This document shows, piece after piece, positions 10,806 to 22,859 of a stretch of 64,000 nucleotides of DNA. The position numbers and the translations under genes were made by a program. The stretch is taken from the NCBI RefSeq assembly GCF_020745735.1, contig NC_083409.1:20470098-20534097 (forward strand). Direction: 5' to 3'. This stretch comes from Hemiscyllium ocellatum (lineage: Eukaryota). Numbering within the stretch: the stretch's first letter is position 1; each line of letters starts with the position of its first letter. Below the pieces are notes generated by a model. It was not told the DNA's origin and ran no database searches. It worked only from the letters and a program-made list of their open reading frames with translations.

Positions 10806-13684
10806 GTGCTATGATATATCTTTTTGATATATCATAGCACGCAGACTATTTTCATTGTGGTGCAATTAGGTATCCTGGTTAAAAAGATGTTTTCTCTCAC
10901 TCTCTCTCCTCAAATTTCAAATTAATCAGTTGGGCTAGAACCTGGTGTAGTGTGTCCTCTGACTTTGTATTGTTCGGGCACAGTGAAACAGCTGCTTTCT
11001 AGTTACTACGGAGGACTTGCACAGCTCCTGAAGACTATGGGTAATGACTCCTTTTATTAGCCACAAACACACCAGTAGTCATTCCAGTGGATTCCAGTGG
11101 GAATGACCAATCTGTTGCTTTGACCTAGTTCCCCAGTTAATCAGGCCATGGCTGACCTGGAATACATTCTCCCTTTGTCCTGTAAACCGTACTGCCCTGA
11201 GAAAATGAACATCGAAACTCAATCTCAACAACTTTTTATTTTGGATTGAGGGTTCCAGATTTCCATCACTCTGTCAGATGGAATTTTTCCTGAAATTGTC
11301 TGAATTACAATTTTAACAACCCTCTTGTTCTGGACTCTGGGACTGGAGAAAGCAATTTACATCAACACTGTTCATCGTGTCTGGGGAAAAGTCTCACTGA
11401 TGTAACCTGTTCTCTCTCATTAACAGATTTTGATCTCAAGGTGACATCACAGGCTGGATACTGAGAGGGTGGATCCTGTTATAGGGCAGATGAAAACTGG
11501 GGTCCGGTTTAACACAAAGCAGTCTCCCGTTTAAAGGGAAGGAGGGGTTTTCTTGCTGATGGTTGACAGTCTGTGGAATCCTCTTCTCTACATGGGAATG
11601 GAGGTTCACTCATGGAGTTGGCACAAGGTTACAGTAGACAGATTTTTTGATGAACAAGGCAATTAAGGATAATGGGAGGGGATGGGGAAGCAGAAAGTAC
11701 AGGTGAGACCATAACCCGATGAGCAGTGATCTTCTTCATTGGCGCAGCAGCTCCCAAAAGGCCTGCTCCTGCTCCTGGGCCCTATGTTCTGACAGAGGCT
11801 GCAGCAATCCTGGACCCCCATCTTTCCTTTGTCACTCACTGACAAAAATGACAAAAGTTAAAATTATTTTCTTTAACAAGACCAACTCAATTCTTGTTGC
11901 AGTCATTTTCTTTGCTGGCATTTAAGTTCAACAGGGTTTCAGAAACACGTCATTGTCTTATGTTGCAGTGGAGACAGACACAAGGCAGTGAGGCCTCAGA
12001 GAACACCGAGAGCTTTCACTCTGCACAACAAGGCTGTCAGCACAAGCATCTGGTGACAGGATTGTAGGGGGTTGAAAAGGAGAGAGTCACGGAGAAAAGA
12101 GACCTTATAGTTCAAAATAAAACCTCTTCATATATTCCCACACTCTAATGAATTAATGTTAGAGGATTAGAAACCCAGAATGGTGAGAGTGTGCTGGCTC
12201 AGAAGCTAAAAGGCAGAGAGCAAGGAGCTGCATTATTCCTTCTCATTATTATTTCTGCTTCATCATTGGCGAGCTACATAATTATTGCCCACCCCCAGTT
12301 GCTTGGACTAAGTTCTTTGCTGAGCCAGGTCATGGGGTCATTAAAAATGGATCATGTCACAGTGGGGCAGGAGTCAGACCAGGCTCCCTCAATGAAAGAA
12401 CATTTGTGAACATCACATTGGATTTCATGTCTATTTTGGACAGATTCCAGCGCCTTCCTTTCCAGACATTACATGGCTCATCACCGCCCTCTCCAGGACA
12501 ATTGGGGAAAGGCAACGCCCGCCCATTCCAAGAGAAATCAGGAGAAATGATGTAAAATTAAAATGATCAAACTGGTGAGGCTTGAATTCATCTCTTTGAA
12601 AGACTGGACTCTCAGCCAGAAACAGAGCCATGACATGGGTGACCCTGGTTTGTCAGATTGAAAGGTGGAGTGTCCTTTGGATTGACACTGGGATCAGCAA
12701 AAAAAATGAATTACACTCAAAGATTGAACAAACAGCTATCAAAGCGGGTCAGCAAACTGCAGAGTACAGCACTTGCAGCTCCGCGTCCCCATCTCCATCC
12801 TTGCTGTTGCCCTTCCCTAACTGTCCTGGAGAGGGCGGTGGTGAGCCATGAGTGTCTCGAAGAGGATCTGACAGAGGGGCAAGGTCATGTCCTCGGCCTG
12901 AGCACAACTGCCTGACCTGCTGTGCTTTTCCAGCGCCACACTTTTCGACTCCAAGTAAACTATCCCTCAGCAGAATGAGCTGTGACACAAGAGGAAACGT
13001 GGGAGTGTTGGAAAGGCACCGGCAGCCTGGTCAGCCTGCAGAGGGGCAGAAACAGATTTGATGAATGAGATGATATCCTTCTGAGCTGAGATGCAGACTC
13101 AGGCTTTCAGAGCCACACAGTTTACATTGTTACTGACCGTGGCTCTATGGGCAATGTTCCTGCTTCAGAGTCAAAATGGTCATTGGATTGAAAGCCACCT
13201 CAGAAATGAGAACACAGAATCCAGGTTGAGACTGCAGTGAATTCTGGCACCATGTTATGTATGGGATGTTCATTTAAAGCCCCACCAGCACCACCCAGAC
13301 CCCAATCCCTCCACCTCAGGGGGCTCGACAAGATCCCATTCTAAAAGAGATTCCCTTGGGTATCCTGCTCAATATTCATCTAATGCCACCAAAAGAGATT
13401 TGGCTCATCATTCATTTGCTGATTTTGGGACCTCAGCATTTTGTCTTGTGAAGGTGATTGCACTGTGCAGGCAGCTTTAAATATCTTGGGACGATTGAAA
13501 AAACACTGCACCAACAAGTGTTCTTTCTTCCTGTCACATAACAGGGGAGCAAATCAGTAACTGAAAATCCACACTGAAGGCAAACACTGAAGCTTCAGCT
13601 GAAAGGCTTTTTGCACCATGTTAACCTGCGCCCTGGGCATTTCCTTCCAGTGTCCGAGATGGTTATCAGGCTGGGATGGAGGCT

Positions 13685-15205
13685 TACAAGAGGCTGGAAG
13701 AACACAGCAAGCCAGGCAGAATCTGGAGGTGGAGAAGTCAACATTTCGGGTATAACCCTTCTTCAGAACTGCAGGTGGGGGTAGGGGGAGCTGCAAATCA
13801 AAGTGGGATCAGTTGTTTGGGTGGGTGGAGGGGAATGGTGGAGTGGAAGGTATTGAGTGATGAACACAGGTAGAGGGTTTGAAGTGGTTGGTTGATGGGA
13901 GGAATGAATCCATTTGGTGGTTGGAAGGGAGGGTCTGTAAGTGGAATAGAATGAAGGAGGGGGACAGGAAAAGGAGTCGAAAGTTGGGAAGGGAAGCTTT
14001 TTGAAATTGGAGAACTCAATGTTGATTCCTCTGGGTTCTAAGCTACCCCAGGGAAAAGATAATTATTTTTTCCTCCAATTTGCAGTCTGATTGCTTGTGG
14101 CAATGGAGGAGGCAGAGGATGGTCATGTCTGAGAGGCAATAGGAAGGGGAATTGAAATAGGCAGTGACTGGGAGGCCAGGTCAGCCTTTGTGAGCCTGGC
14201 TCAGATGCTCAGCAAAACATGCCCTTAGTTTATGTTTGGTCTCACCGATCCAGAGAAGACCACAACGGGTGCACCGGATACAATAAACTAGGTTGGAGAA
14301 GAGGCAGGTGAACCTCTGTCTGACCTGGAAGGACTGGGGCCCTGGATGGAAATGACAGGGGTGGTGTGTCGGCAGGTTTTGCAACTTTTACGGTTGCAGG
14401 GGAAGATACCAGGGTTTTGTTGGGGGAGGAGGGGGTAGGTGTGAAGTGTGGTGAAAACCAAGGATTGGCAAAGGGAACAGTCCTTGTGGAAGGCAGAGAG
14501 GGGTGGGGAGGGTAAGATGTTCTTGGTGGTGGGGGTCTAGCTGGAGTTGGCAGAATTTTTTGAGGCTGATATGTTGGATGTGGAGATTGGTGGGGTGTAA
14601 GTTGAAGACAAGGGGGACCCTGTCTTTATTGAATTTTGGAGGGGGGTGTTTAGATTTGGAGAGCAGAGAATGGAGGAGGTGTGGTGGAGGGCTTTCTGGA
14701 TGGCAGAGGTGGGAAAAGTATATTGTTAAAAATAGGTGGACATCTGGGACACTTGGGAGGGGAGCGTCTCCTCGTTCGAGCAGATGTGACGGAGATGGAA
14801 GAATTGGGAAAACGGGATGGTGTTCTTGCAGGATATTGGTTGGGAGAAGGTGTTGTCCAGGTAGTTGTGTGAGTCTGTGGGTTTACAGTAGATGTCTGTT
14901 CCTAGACTGTCACCGGAGATGGAAATGGGGTGGTCAAGAAAGGAGAAGAATTTGTCCAAGATAGACTACGTGAATTTAGGGGAAGGTTGGAAGTTGTTAG
15001 CAAAGTAGATGAAATGCTCCAGTTCAGCCTGGGTAGTGGATGCAGCACTGATGCAGTCACTGATGTAATGGCGGAAGATTTGGGGAACGGTGCCTGTGCA
15101 TGTACTGGTGAGGTGTTGTTTGATGTAGCCGACAACAAGCAGACATAGCTGGGACCCAGGGCCACCCACTGGATTTGGAGGAAATGGGAAGAGTTGAAGG
15201 AGGGT
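13685..15205 (-). mobile_element. 5'-truncated Penelope-like element (RT C-terminus, GIY-YIG endonuclease, pLTR with hammerhead motif)
   Basis: TDIYCKPTDSHNYLD…CKNTIPFSQF (PLE RT thumb); QSFQVRQRFTC…NLVYCIRCTRCGLLWIGETK…FAEHL (GIY-YIG); absent at the mirror site (2520) in the left arm. Confidence 0.9.
13737..13769 (-). ncRNA. Minimal type I hammerhead ribozyme motif (best-preserved copy)
   Basis: gtt-CTGAAGA-a-gggt(tat)accc-GAAA-TGTT-gac: both catalytic boxes intact, stem II 4 bp, stem I gtt/gac, minimal stem III, GUU triplet. Confidence 0.7.
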
Positions 15206-16084
15206 GACAGATCACATGGAAATGTTTGGAAAAGGTTCACAAGGACACAGTCCAGGCTTCCTGCAAACATCAGCCTTCCTTCTATTGTAGTGCTTCTTCA
15301 TAGGAGCTTCTCTATGGTGGTTTCAAGTACACATCCTCCGTGGAAATATCACAGACTTTACTGAAATGGGAAGAATTAACCAGACAAGGGTGAGCATCAG
15401 GAGAGGTGGGAGTGTGTGGAAGACTCTGTGCCATGAAAAAACCCCAAAGGAGTTTCACAAGAAAAGCTCAAATCTTTACAAGGATATAACAGGGAGATGA
15501 CTTACTGACATCAAACAGGTTGAGTGTTAGGGACCCTGTGCCTCTGGTGCCTAACTCTATATGAGACATTACAGTCAAGGATAGTTGATGTGCAAATAAA
15601 AGGGTGACTTGATGATGTGGAGTTATTTCATGATCAATGACTGGGGGCAGAGATTTGAGGGAAATGGCAGAAGATTAAGAGGGATGTAAGGAAACACGCT
15701 TTCATGCAGAAGGTGGTGGTAATTTGTAACTTGCTTTCTGTAAGGGTAGTTGAGGCAGAAGCTCTCCCATAACATTGAAGTATTTCGATGTGCAGCTACG
15801 ATGCCAAGGCATACAGGGTTACGGGCCGAGTACTGGAACACGGAATTAGAATAGTGAGGTGGTTGTTCGACTGGCTTTGGCTCATTGGGCCGAAGGGCCT
15901 TGTTCCTGTGGACCTGTTGTAGATGTCTGACTGTGCCAGGACTCCAGCAATGTGGCTGACCCTTGCCTGACATTTGAAAGGCCAAGCAAGCCACTCAGTT
16001 TCAGGGCAGTTAGGGATGGAGAACAAATGCTGGTCTTGCCAGTGACACCCACATCCCAGGAAAGAATAGACGGCCTCAATGGTA

Positions 16085-16300
16085 ACACCGTCACCTGAAC
16101 CTGCAGGTTTCAAGCCCCACTCCAGTCACTGGAGCACTATCCTGAGACTGGCAAACGTAAAGACGCCATCTGCTGGATGATCAGTTAAACCACTGCCCTC
16201 TCAGGTCAATGTGAATATAAGGGCTTTGTGACCATCTCAGGGAAAATCTCCCCAGTGTGCTGACCAATGCTTCTCTTATAACCAATGGCATTAAAACAGA
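16085..16300 (+). mobile_element. Decayed Deu-domain SINE, mirror copy, with CTCF-like motif
   Basis: Same sequence as 1395-1620 inverted; CCAGCAGATGGCG on the minus strand at 16176-16164. Confidence 0.65.
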
Positions 16301-19300
16301 TACAAGAGTAAAATACTGCAAATCTCAAATAAAACAAGATGCTCGAGAAGGGGAACAGGTGCAGCCGCTTTAGAGAGAGGAGGGAATAATGTTTTGGATT
16401 CAGTAATGTTTTATCAAAAAGACACCACAGTTTTTGATGATTTTATTCAATTTTAACCTGTTTTATGTTATTTTGTTTTATTCAAATCTTGTTTATCAAA
16501 TTTCAGCTGGCTTGATTGGCACCACATCGACATATATCCATTGCCTCCACATTGACCCTCAGTAACAGCTGTGTGCACTATCTACAAGATACATTGCAGA
16601 GGTTCAGCAAAGATCCTGAGAGAGCACCTTCCAAACCCATGACCACTTCCATCAAGAAGGACATGGTAGCAGGTACACAGGAACACCGCTCTTTGCACTT
16701 TCCCCTCCAAGCCATTCAGCATTCTGATCTGGAAATGTATCACTGTTCCTACATTGTTACTGGGTCAGAATCCTGGAATTCCCTTCCTCCGCACATTGTG
16801 GGTCTACCTACAGCACACTGCAGCGGTTCAAGAAAGCAGCTCCGCGCCACTGTGTGCATGACAATGAGAGATGGACAGTAACAAGGCTGGTGAAAAGTAA
16901 GAGTAGGTGTGATTAGGGATCTGAAAGTGAGAATGTGATGTTTCAGTTCGTCCTGGACATCTCAAGGTTTGTATGAACTTTTGGTCTCCTAATTGCAGAA
17001 GGAATATAAATCCATTGGAAGTGTTTCAGAGGAATTTTACCTGACGGATCCCTGGTATGAGGGGCCTGTGTGATGAGGAAGGATTGGAAAGGCTGGCCTT
17101 GTTCTCACTGGAGTTTCGAAGAGTGGGGGGTTTTCCTGTCCCACTGTATTCTCCAAACCCTTATCTGACCCCCTCTTGGGTCATACCCTCCTGCCCCTTA
17201 CTAACATGGAATTGGACTGCCCAGTCCTGAGGCTTACACCTTCCATCTGGAACAAAGTCTCAGGTATCGCTGCCCCTCCCTGATGTATCAGGATTCTTAC
17301 AACTCAGCTTCCAATCCAAACCCCCTGAGTGGGAGTTGCTGTAGATTTATACAGTCACTACAGATGTATTTACCCTGAATCATTTCAGTTTAATGAACAA
17401 ATGCTGATCCCACTTACAAATGAAAGAAATCAACTGTTTCATTAAACTAGTAATTGTCCTCAGTCTCTGGATCAATGTTTCAGTGCTTGTCATTTCTTGA
17501 ATTTCCCTATTTGAGGTTTCCTAAGCACACTATTTATATGTTTCTTTACACAAATCTCTTCCCAGCTGATCTGGTCAACAGACTCCTGTCCCCTTGTTTG
17601 TTATTTTGCTATTTTCAAACCAAGTGCATGTGCAGGCTCCCATCAGCTGAAGTGACAGTCAGTTCACCGAACTCCCACATTGACCAAACTTCCCAGCATC
17701 CCCCTCTATGCCAGCTGCACTGAGTGCCAACTGCAGGATATAGGCTGCCCTGTATTTATACTGGTGCTAATTGATATCACTTTGTGCTGTTGTTCTAATA
17801 GAGTCATAGAGATGTACAGCAGGGAGACAGAACCTTCGGTCCAACTCGACCACGCTGACCAGACATCCCAACTCAATCTAGTTCCACTTGCCAATGCTCA
17901 GGATCTGGGTTAAGCTCGCTCATTTCTCAGTCTGAAGCTTCCTTCTTTCAGCCTGAGAAATACGTTACTTTTACAACAAACGAATGTGACTTTAATGCTT
18001 GAATCTGTTTTGAAGATTAATGGGCTCAATGCTTTGATTCAATGAGGTAAGATATGAAATACCTGTGACACTTGTTATAATCCAGTCTTCTCTAACCAAT
18101 CTCTTCGGGGACCTGGATGAGTGTGAGGAGATTGGGTTTTGATGGAACTACCCACAGACTCAAGTCAAAAGAAGCAAAGCAAGAAAGACAGGTGGACCGA
18201 ATACAAGAGAGCACATTATGAGGGAAAACCAATTATTACCAAAGGAGAGAGCGACAACATTGAATTGCTTCTGGTGTCATCCTCTGTGCCCTAACGTTTC
18301 ACAGTGTCAGCTCCACATCCTTCCATTGGCTTTGTCATCGAGAGTCAACGATTCCCTTCCCACAGCCCTTTTTAAAATGCCCTGCCCCAGGGAATCACTC
18401 AGATAGAAAATATTTCACCTTTTCTGGGAAGGTTGGAGAAATATTGGATGTCGATGAGCTGCTTTCTCATACTTCAGGGTCTGACAGAAGGATGTGTGTA
18501 GTCTGTGGATTCTGGAGACAGATCACTGAGATATTCCTCACTCCCATCAACACCTGACTTTATCCTGACATCAGTTCCTATTCTTCAATATAAAGTACCC
18601 CCACCAGTTTCAGACTAGACATTTCACACCCAGCCCCCATTTCCTCACATTGGAATCAAGAACCAAACTTGCCCCATCTCAGGATTACCCTCTGAATGTG
18701 GTGTCAGTGTGCTAATGCTGTGTTTGAATGAAAGAGCCACAGTGGAATCTGGGACTGAATCCAAGGGGTTTCTGACCCACCAGCAGCCTCCCCGCTGTGT
18801 GAGATTCTGTTTCGATAAGATTTCAGCCCCATGGTTCCCACTGATACGAGAACCATGGAGTGAGATTGCTGGAGCCACGTGTGGACTGAGGAACACAACA
18901 GTCAGGACAATGAGCTGCTCTGGAATCCACCCTGAGCCCTGGATGGTTGTCACTGAGATGGCCCAGGGGCTACAGAATGTGACAGCAGAAAGTTTAACAT
19001 TGACTGTCCTCCCCAGCCGGGACTCCCAGACTCCCCCTGGACCGAACATTCTCAATCTGACCCCAGGGACACACGGGACAATTCCATCTCATTTGAAGAG
19101 TAAAGAAAACCCAAGTCTAATTTATGGAATATTTATTACCCAAACCCTGTGGAATTGTTATTCTGCGTTCCAAGATTCTGCTGATCATATTGATGAATAG
19201 AGTGTCCCCAGTGACCCTGATCTGAATTGGTTGGCTCAGGATCTTGCTGTCCCTGATGGATGGGTTGGTGTGGAGGGGGAATTGCCATCAGAATATTTTG

Positions 19301-19334
19301 TATCAGGGATATATGCAGGCAGTATAGTGGATGA

Positions 19335-19430
19335 CGTGGTGGCTCAGTGGTTAGCACTGCTGTCTTGTAGTGCTAGGAACCTGGGTTCCATCCCTGCCTA
19401 AAGTGAATATCTATGTGGATTTCGCACATT
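19335..19430 (+). mobile_element. Degenerate SINE head
   Basis: gtggtggctcagtggttagcactgctg…ctgggttccatccc. Confidence 0.65.
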
Positions 19431-19763
19431 CTCTCCAAATACAAATCAAATGTTGCATGGAATATTTACTTTGCAAACCCTGTGATATTGTTATTCTGGG
19501 TAGTAAGATCCTGCTGGTCAAATTGATCAATAAAATGGGAACTGAACTGCTCGGCTCGGGATCTTGCTGTGCTGAAAGGATGTGTTGGTGTTCAGGGGAA
19601 TTCCCATCAGATTATTGTGTTCCCCATTGCCCCCTCTATTCTCCCCTTTCTGCTCCATACCTGGGACTGGGATAGAGCTTTTCACTTCATACACCTATCC
19701 CTGAGGACTCAGCTCTGGCCATTCCCAAAGCACTCACAAGACAGAGACTGAATCTTCTTCATC

Positions 19764-19769
19764 TTTATT
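19764..19769 (-). terminator. Probable poly(A) signal of the kappa transcript
   Basis: AATAAA on the minus strand ~530 nt past the C stop, followed by a GT-rich tract (tctctgtcttgtgagtg). Confidence 0.7.
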
Positions 19770-20296
19770 CCCTTTTCCAGATTGACATTGACAGAAAACA
19801 GACTGCAATTAACAGCCCAGACAGAGGAAGCTGCACAAATTCACAGCCACAATGGAGCTTGAGGAAAACACTTGTGGAGATTTTCTCAATAACATTAGAA
19901 TCCTGTCCCTTTAAACGGTGACAAAATCTTAAATTGGAACTGACGGCTGAGCAGGAAGGAGGTCTGTTTTACTGAAACAGAGACTTTTGAGGTTCACATT
20001 GTTTTTGCACAGCTGACAGTCTTTAGCATCTTCGAGAGGTTTTACTTGACATCGTAAGTTAACACTGTCCCCATCAAACACATCCAGGTCAGGAAAAGCA
20101 TGGGGATAGACAAAGAGTAAAGTTTTCTCTACACTATCCCAATGATCTGCCTTAACCCCTAAAGGTCAGAAGTATCTCCAAGCCAGTCCTGTGAAGGAAG
20201 AGAGTTGAAATTCAGTGCTGACAATGACCTTTGACCTGCCAGCTCAGCCCTGTCCTATTTAAAGTTGTGTCTCCTCTGTGGACTGTCTCAAACACT

Positions 20297-20625
20297 CTAC
20301 ACACATTCTGATCTCCTGATGCTCTTGCTGAGGGGAGAGGGGAGGGTCATGTGGGTGAGGGCACAGGAGAAGCGAGCGTCGGATTCCCAGTCAGACCCAG
20401 AGAGGGTCAGCAGGCTGCTGACACTGTAGGTACTGTCCGAAGCTCGCAGGTAGTTGCTGGTCTGAACCCCGTCCGAAATGACTGCACCATCCTTCTTCCA
20501 CTGCACCTCCAGCTCATCAGGATAGAAGTGATTGGCAAGGCACACCAGGGTGGCAGTGCCCTTGGCATTGACCTGCTCCGGGGAGGGGGGCAGCAGGGTC
20601 AGCTTGGGCTGAGAGTTGTCACGGA
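20297..20625 (-). CDS. IGKC: Ig kappa constant exon (…RDNSQPKLTLLPPSPEQVNAKGTATLVCLANHFYPDELEVQWKKDG…FSCALTHMTLPSPLSKSIRRSECV*)
   Basis: Acceptor tctcttgtctttcAG at 20626-20627; C1-set Ig domain with both Cys, FYP and QWK motifs; C-terminal SECV supplies the H-L disulfide Cys; TAG at 20299-20297. The inferred J-C junction codon A|TC gives Ile. Confidence 0.98.
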
Positions 20626-22209
20626 CTGAAAGACAAGAGAAACAATTTTAATCCCTGCCTTTTGAAGGTACATAAACTCTCTGAACATTAACTGCTAAAA
20701 CATTTGAACATTTGTATCCAGTACCTAGCAGACCTGACAAAAGCACTGGCATTTTAAAAATTGCTTTTTGGGATGTGTATGGCACTGGCAGAGCCAGTCG
20801 CTGCCCATCCCTAATTGTCTCTGAGAAGGTGATGGTGATGCAGCAGAATGATAAGGGACAGTCCTGGACCACCATTTAAGGATTGAATGTGGGCAGCTGG
20901 AAGGGCTATCAATGTGGGAGCATTTTAGTGACAGTGATCGGACCTCAGTGAGATTGAGAATAGGGATGGAAATGGAGAACCGTGGAGCAAGTGTAAAAGT
21001 TTTCATTTGGGAACAATCCATTTTACCAAACTGTGTGGTAATTTGATAAAAGAGTACTGGAACCATCGACTTGATGGGAGATCAGTGACAGGGCAGTGGG
21101 AGGTCTCCAAGGATGAGACAGAGACAGAGATCATTCAGAATCTTTTCCCAAAAGAGTAAGAGTGGCACTCCCAAAGAGAGAGTCTCAGCAAAGATGTGAA
21201 ACTATCGATATGATGTGGAGGCTCTGGTGCCCGACTGGGTGGACATGTTCAGGAGTCACATGACACCAGGTTCCAGTCCAACAGGTTTATTGAAAATCAC
21301 AAGCTTTGGAAACTCTACTCCATCTTCAGGTGAAGCAACTTCAGTGCTGAAGGAACAGAGCTCTGAAAGCTTGTGATTTGAAATAAGCCTGTTGGACTAT
21401 AACCTGCTGTCGTGTGACTTCTGACCTCAAATGAAGTCCCGTTAGAGCACAATGAGAGAACTGTGTGCAGTTCTGGTCACCACATTGCAGGAAGTATGTG
21501 ATCCCCCTACAGATGGGGAGAGTAGAGGATTTTATCAGGAATGAGGAGTATTAGCTTTGAGGAATGATTGGTTTGGCTGGGACTGGTTTCTTTGGAACAC
21601 AGGAGGCTGAGGGGAGATTTGATCGATGGTGTGTAAAATGATGAGGGGTCTGGATAGAGTGGGTAGGAAGGACTGATTTCGATCAGCACAGAGGGCAATA
21701 ACCATGGAGAGAGATTGAAATGAATTGGGGGCAGGGTTCGAGGGGAGTTGAGGAGTAATTGTTTTCACCCAGTGGCTGGTGGGATCAGGACCTCACAAGC
21801 TGAAAGGGTGAGAGCGGCAGAAACCCTCATCACATTGAAAAAACACTTGGATAGTCACTTGAAACACCAAAGCCTCCAGAGCTATGGAGCAAGAGCTGGT
21901 ATGTGGGGTGGAATTCGACACCTCTTTAGCAAACCTCCGATCACTCACAGCTTGGGATAAGTTTATTCAACAACATTGGAGCAGAGTTGGATCAGCACAC
22001 TTCAGGAAGGAGTCACGTGAGGTGTCCATGGAGAAGGTTCTAGATTTTGTTTCAAATCTTCCAGCTCAGCAAGGTCAAATGTGAGGGTGCAAAGAGTCTC
22101 AGTGTCTTGGGATCAGACAGTGACACTGCTCTTAATGATCCCATGTTCCCTGGAAGATGGAAGTGTGTATCCAACGGGCAAGGGTCAGGTTCAGGAGACT
22201 CCAACCTCA

Positions 22210-22620
22210 AAGAAAGACTTGCATTTATGTTGCACCTGCCTCCACCTAAGGATGTCGCAGTGTCCCTTTCCATCAGACTGTGCTCAGCAAGATCCCAGAG
22301 AGCTGGGTGACAATGAGGCGAGGATCAGATTTTTAGTGATGCTAATTAGGGAATCAATATTGACCAGGAGACACCGTCCTGCTGTCTGTCTAATAGAGCC
22401 ATGGAATGGCATCTCTGATATCTGAAAGGCTCCCAGTGCATCAAAAGAGAGACTTGTATGTCAGGCTCTCCCAAAGCATTTACAGAGAGTGAGGGACTTG
22501 TCTGAATACTGGTCACTGTTGTAATGCAGAAAACACAATTTGTACACAGCAATATCGCGCAATCGTAAATGAGATTATGAAGCATGTTCAGTGATGTTTC
22601 AGGGATAAATATTGACCTGA
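22210..22620 (-). mobile_element. Deu-domain SINE remnants (3' tail and core pieces) in the J-C intron
   Basis: agaaagacttgcatttat… and gtcactgttgtaatg…cacagcaa…gggataaatattgacc match the reverse complement of the Deu-SINE tail/core. A similar tail lies at ~7345-7500. Confidence 0.55.
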
Positions 22621-22859
22621 AGTCAACTCAAAGAGAAAGCAAATGGGTTCACTTGCACAGAACGTGAGAAAATGAAAGGCACAGGAGAAGGTGGGAGTCG
22701 TGGTTAGTGATGGGTTTGATTGTTACCAGAAAATAAAAGGAAGGATCAGAATTTGTGAATGTCATATTGTAACAAGGCAATACAGACAGTAGAAATAACC
22801 TAAAGTCTTTGTATGATAACGCATTCGGAATAAGGTAGACAGAGTGATGCCACAAGTTG

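Larger units (their letters stand above)
8865..18200. repeat. Right arm of the large inverted duplication, expanded by arm-specific insertions
   Basis: Mirror of 1-5790, with an extra SINE (10502-10805), segment 11110-12470, Penelope element (13685-15205) and 17060-18120. Confidence 0.95.

Noticed and set aside
18709-19200. 163-aa ORF downstream of C
   Set aside because: No domain motif or codon-level support; overlaps the noncoding tandem repeat.
22010-22250. E-boxes (TCACGTGA, CACCTG) as an intronic kappa enhancer
   Set aside because: Only two short motifs, one inside a SINE remnant, and no second copy to test conservation.
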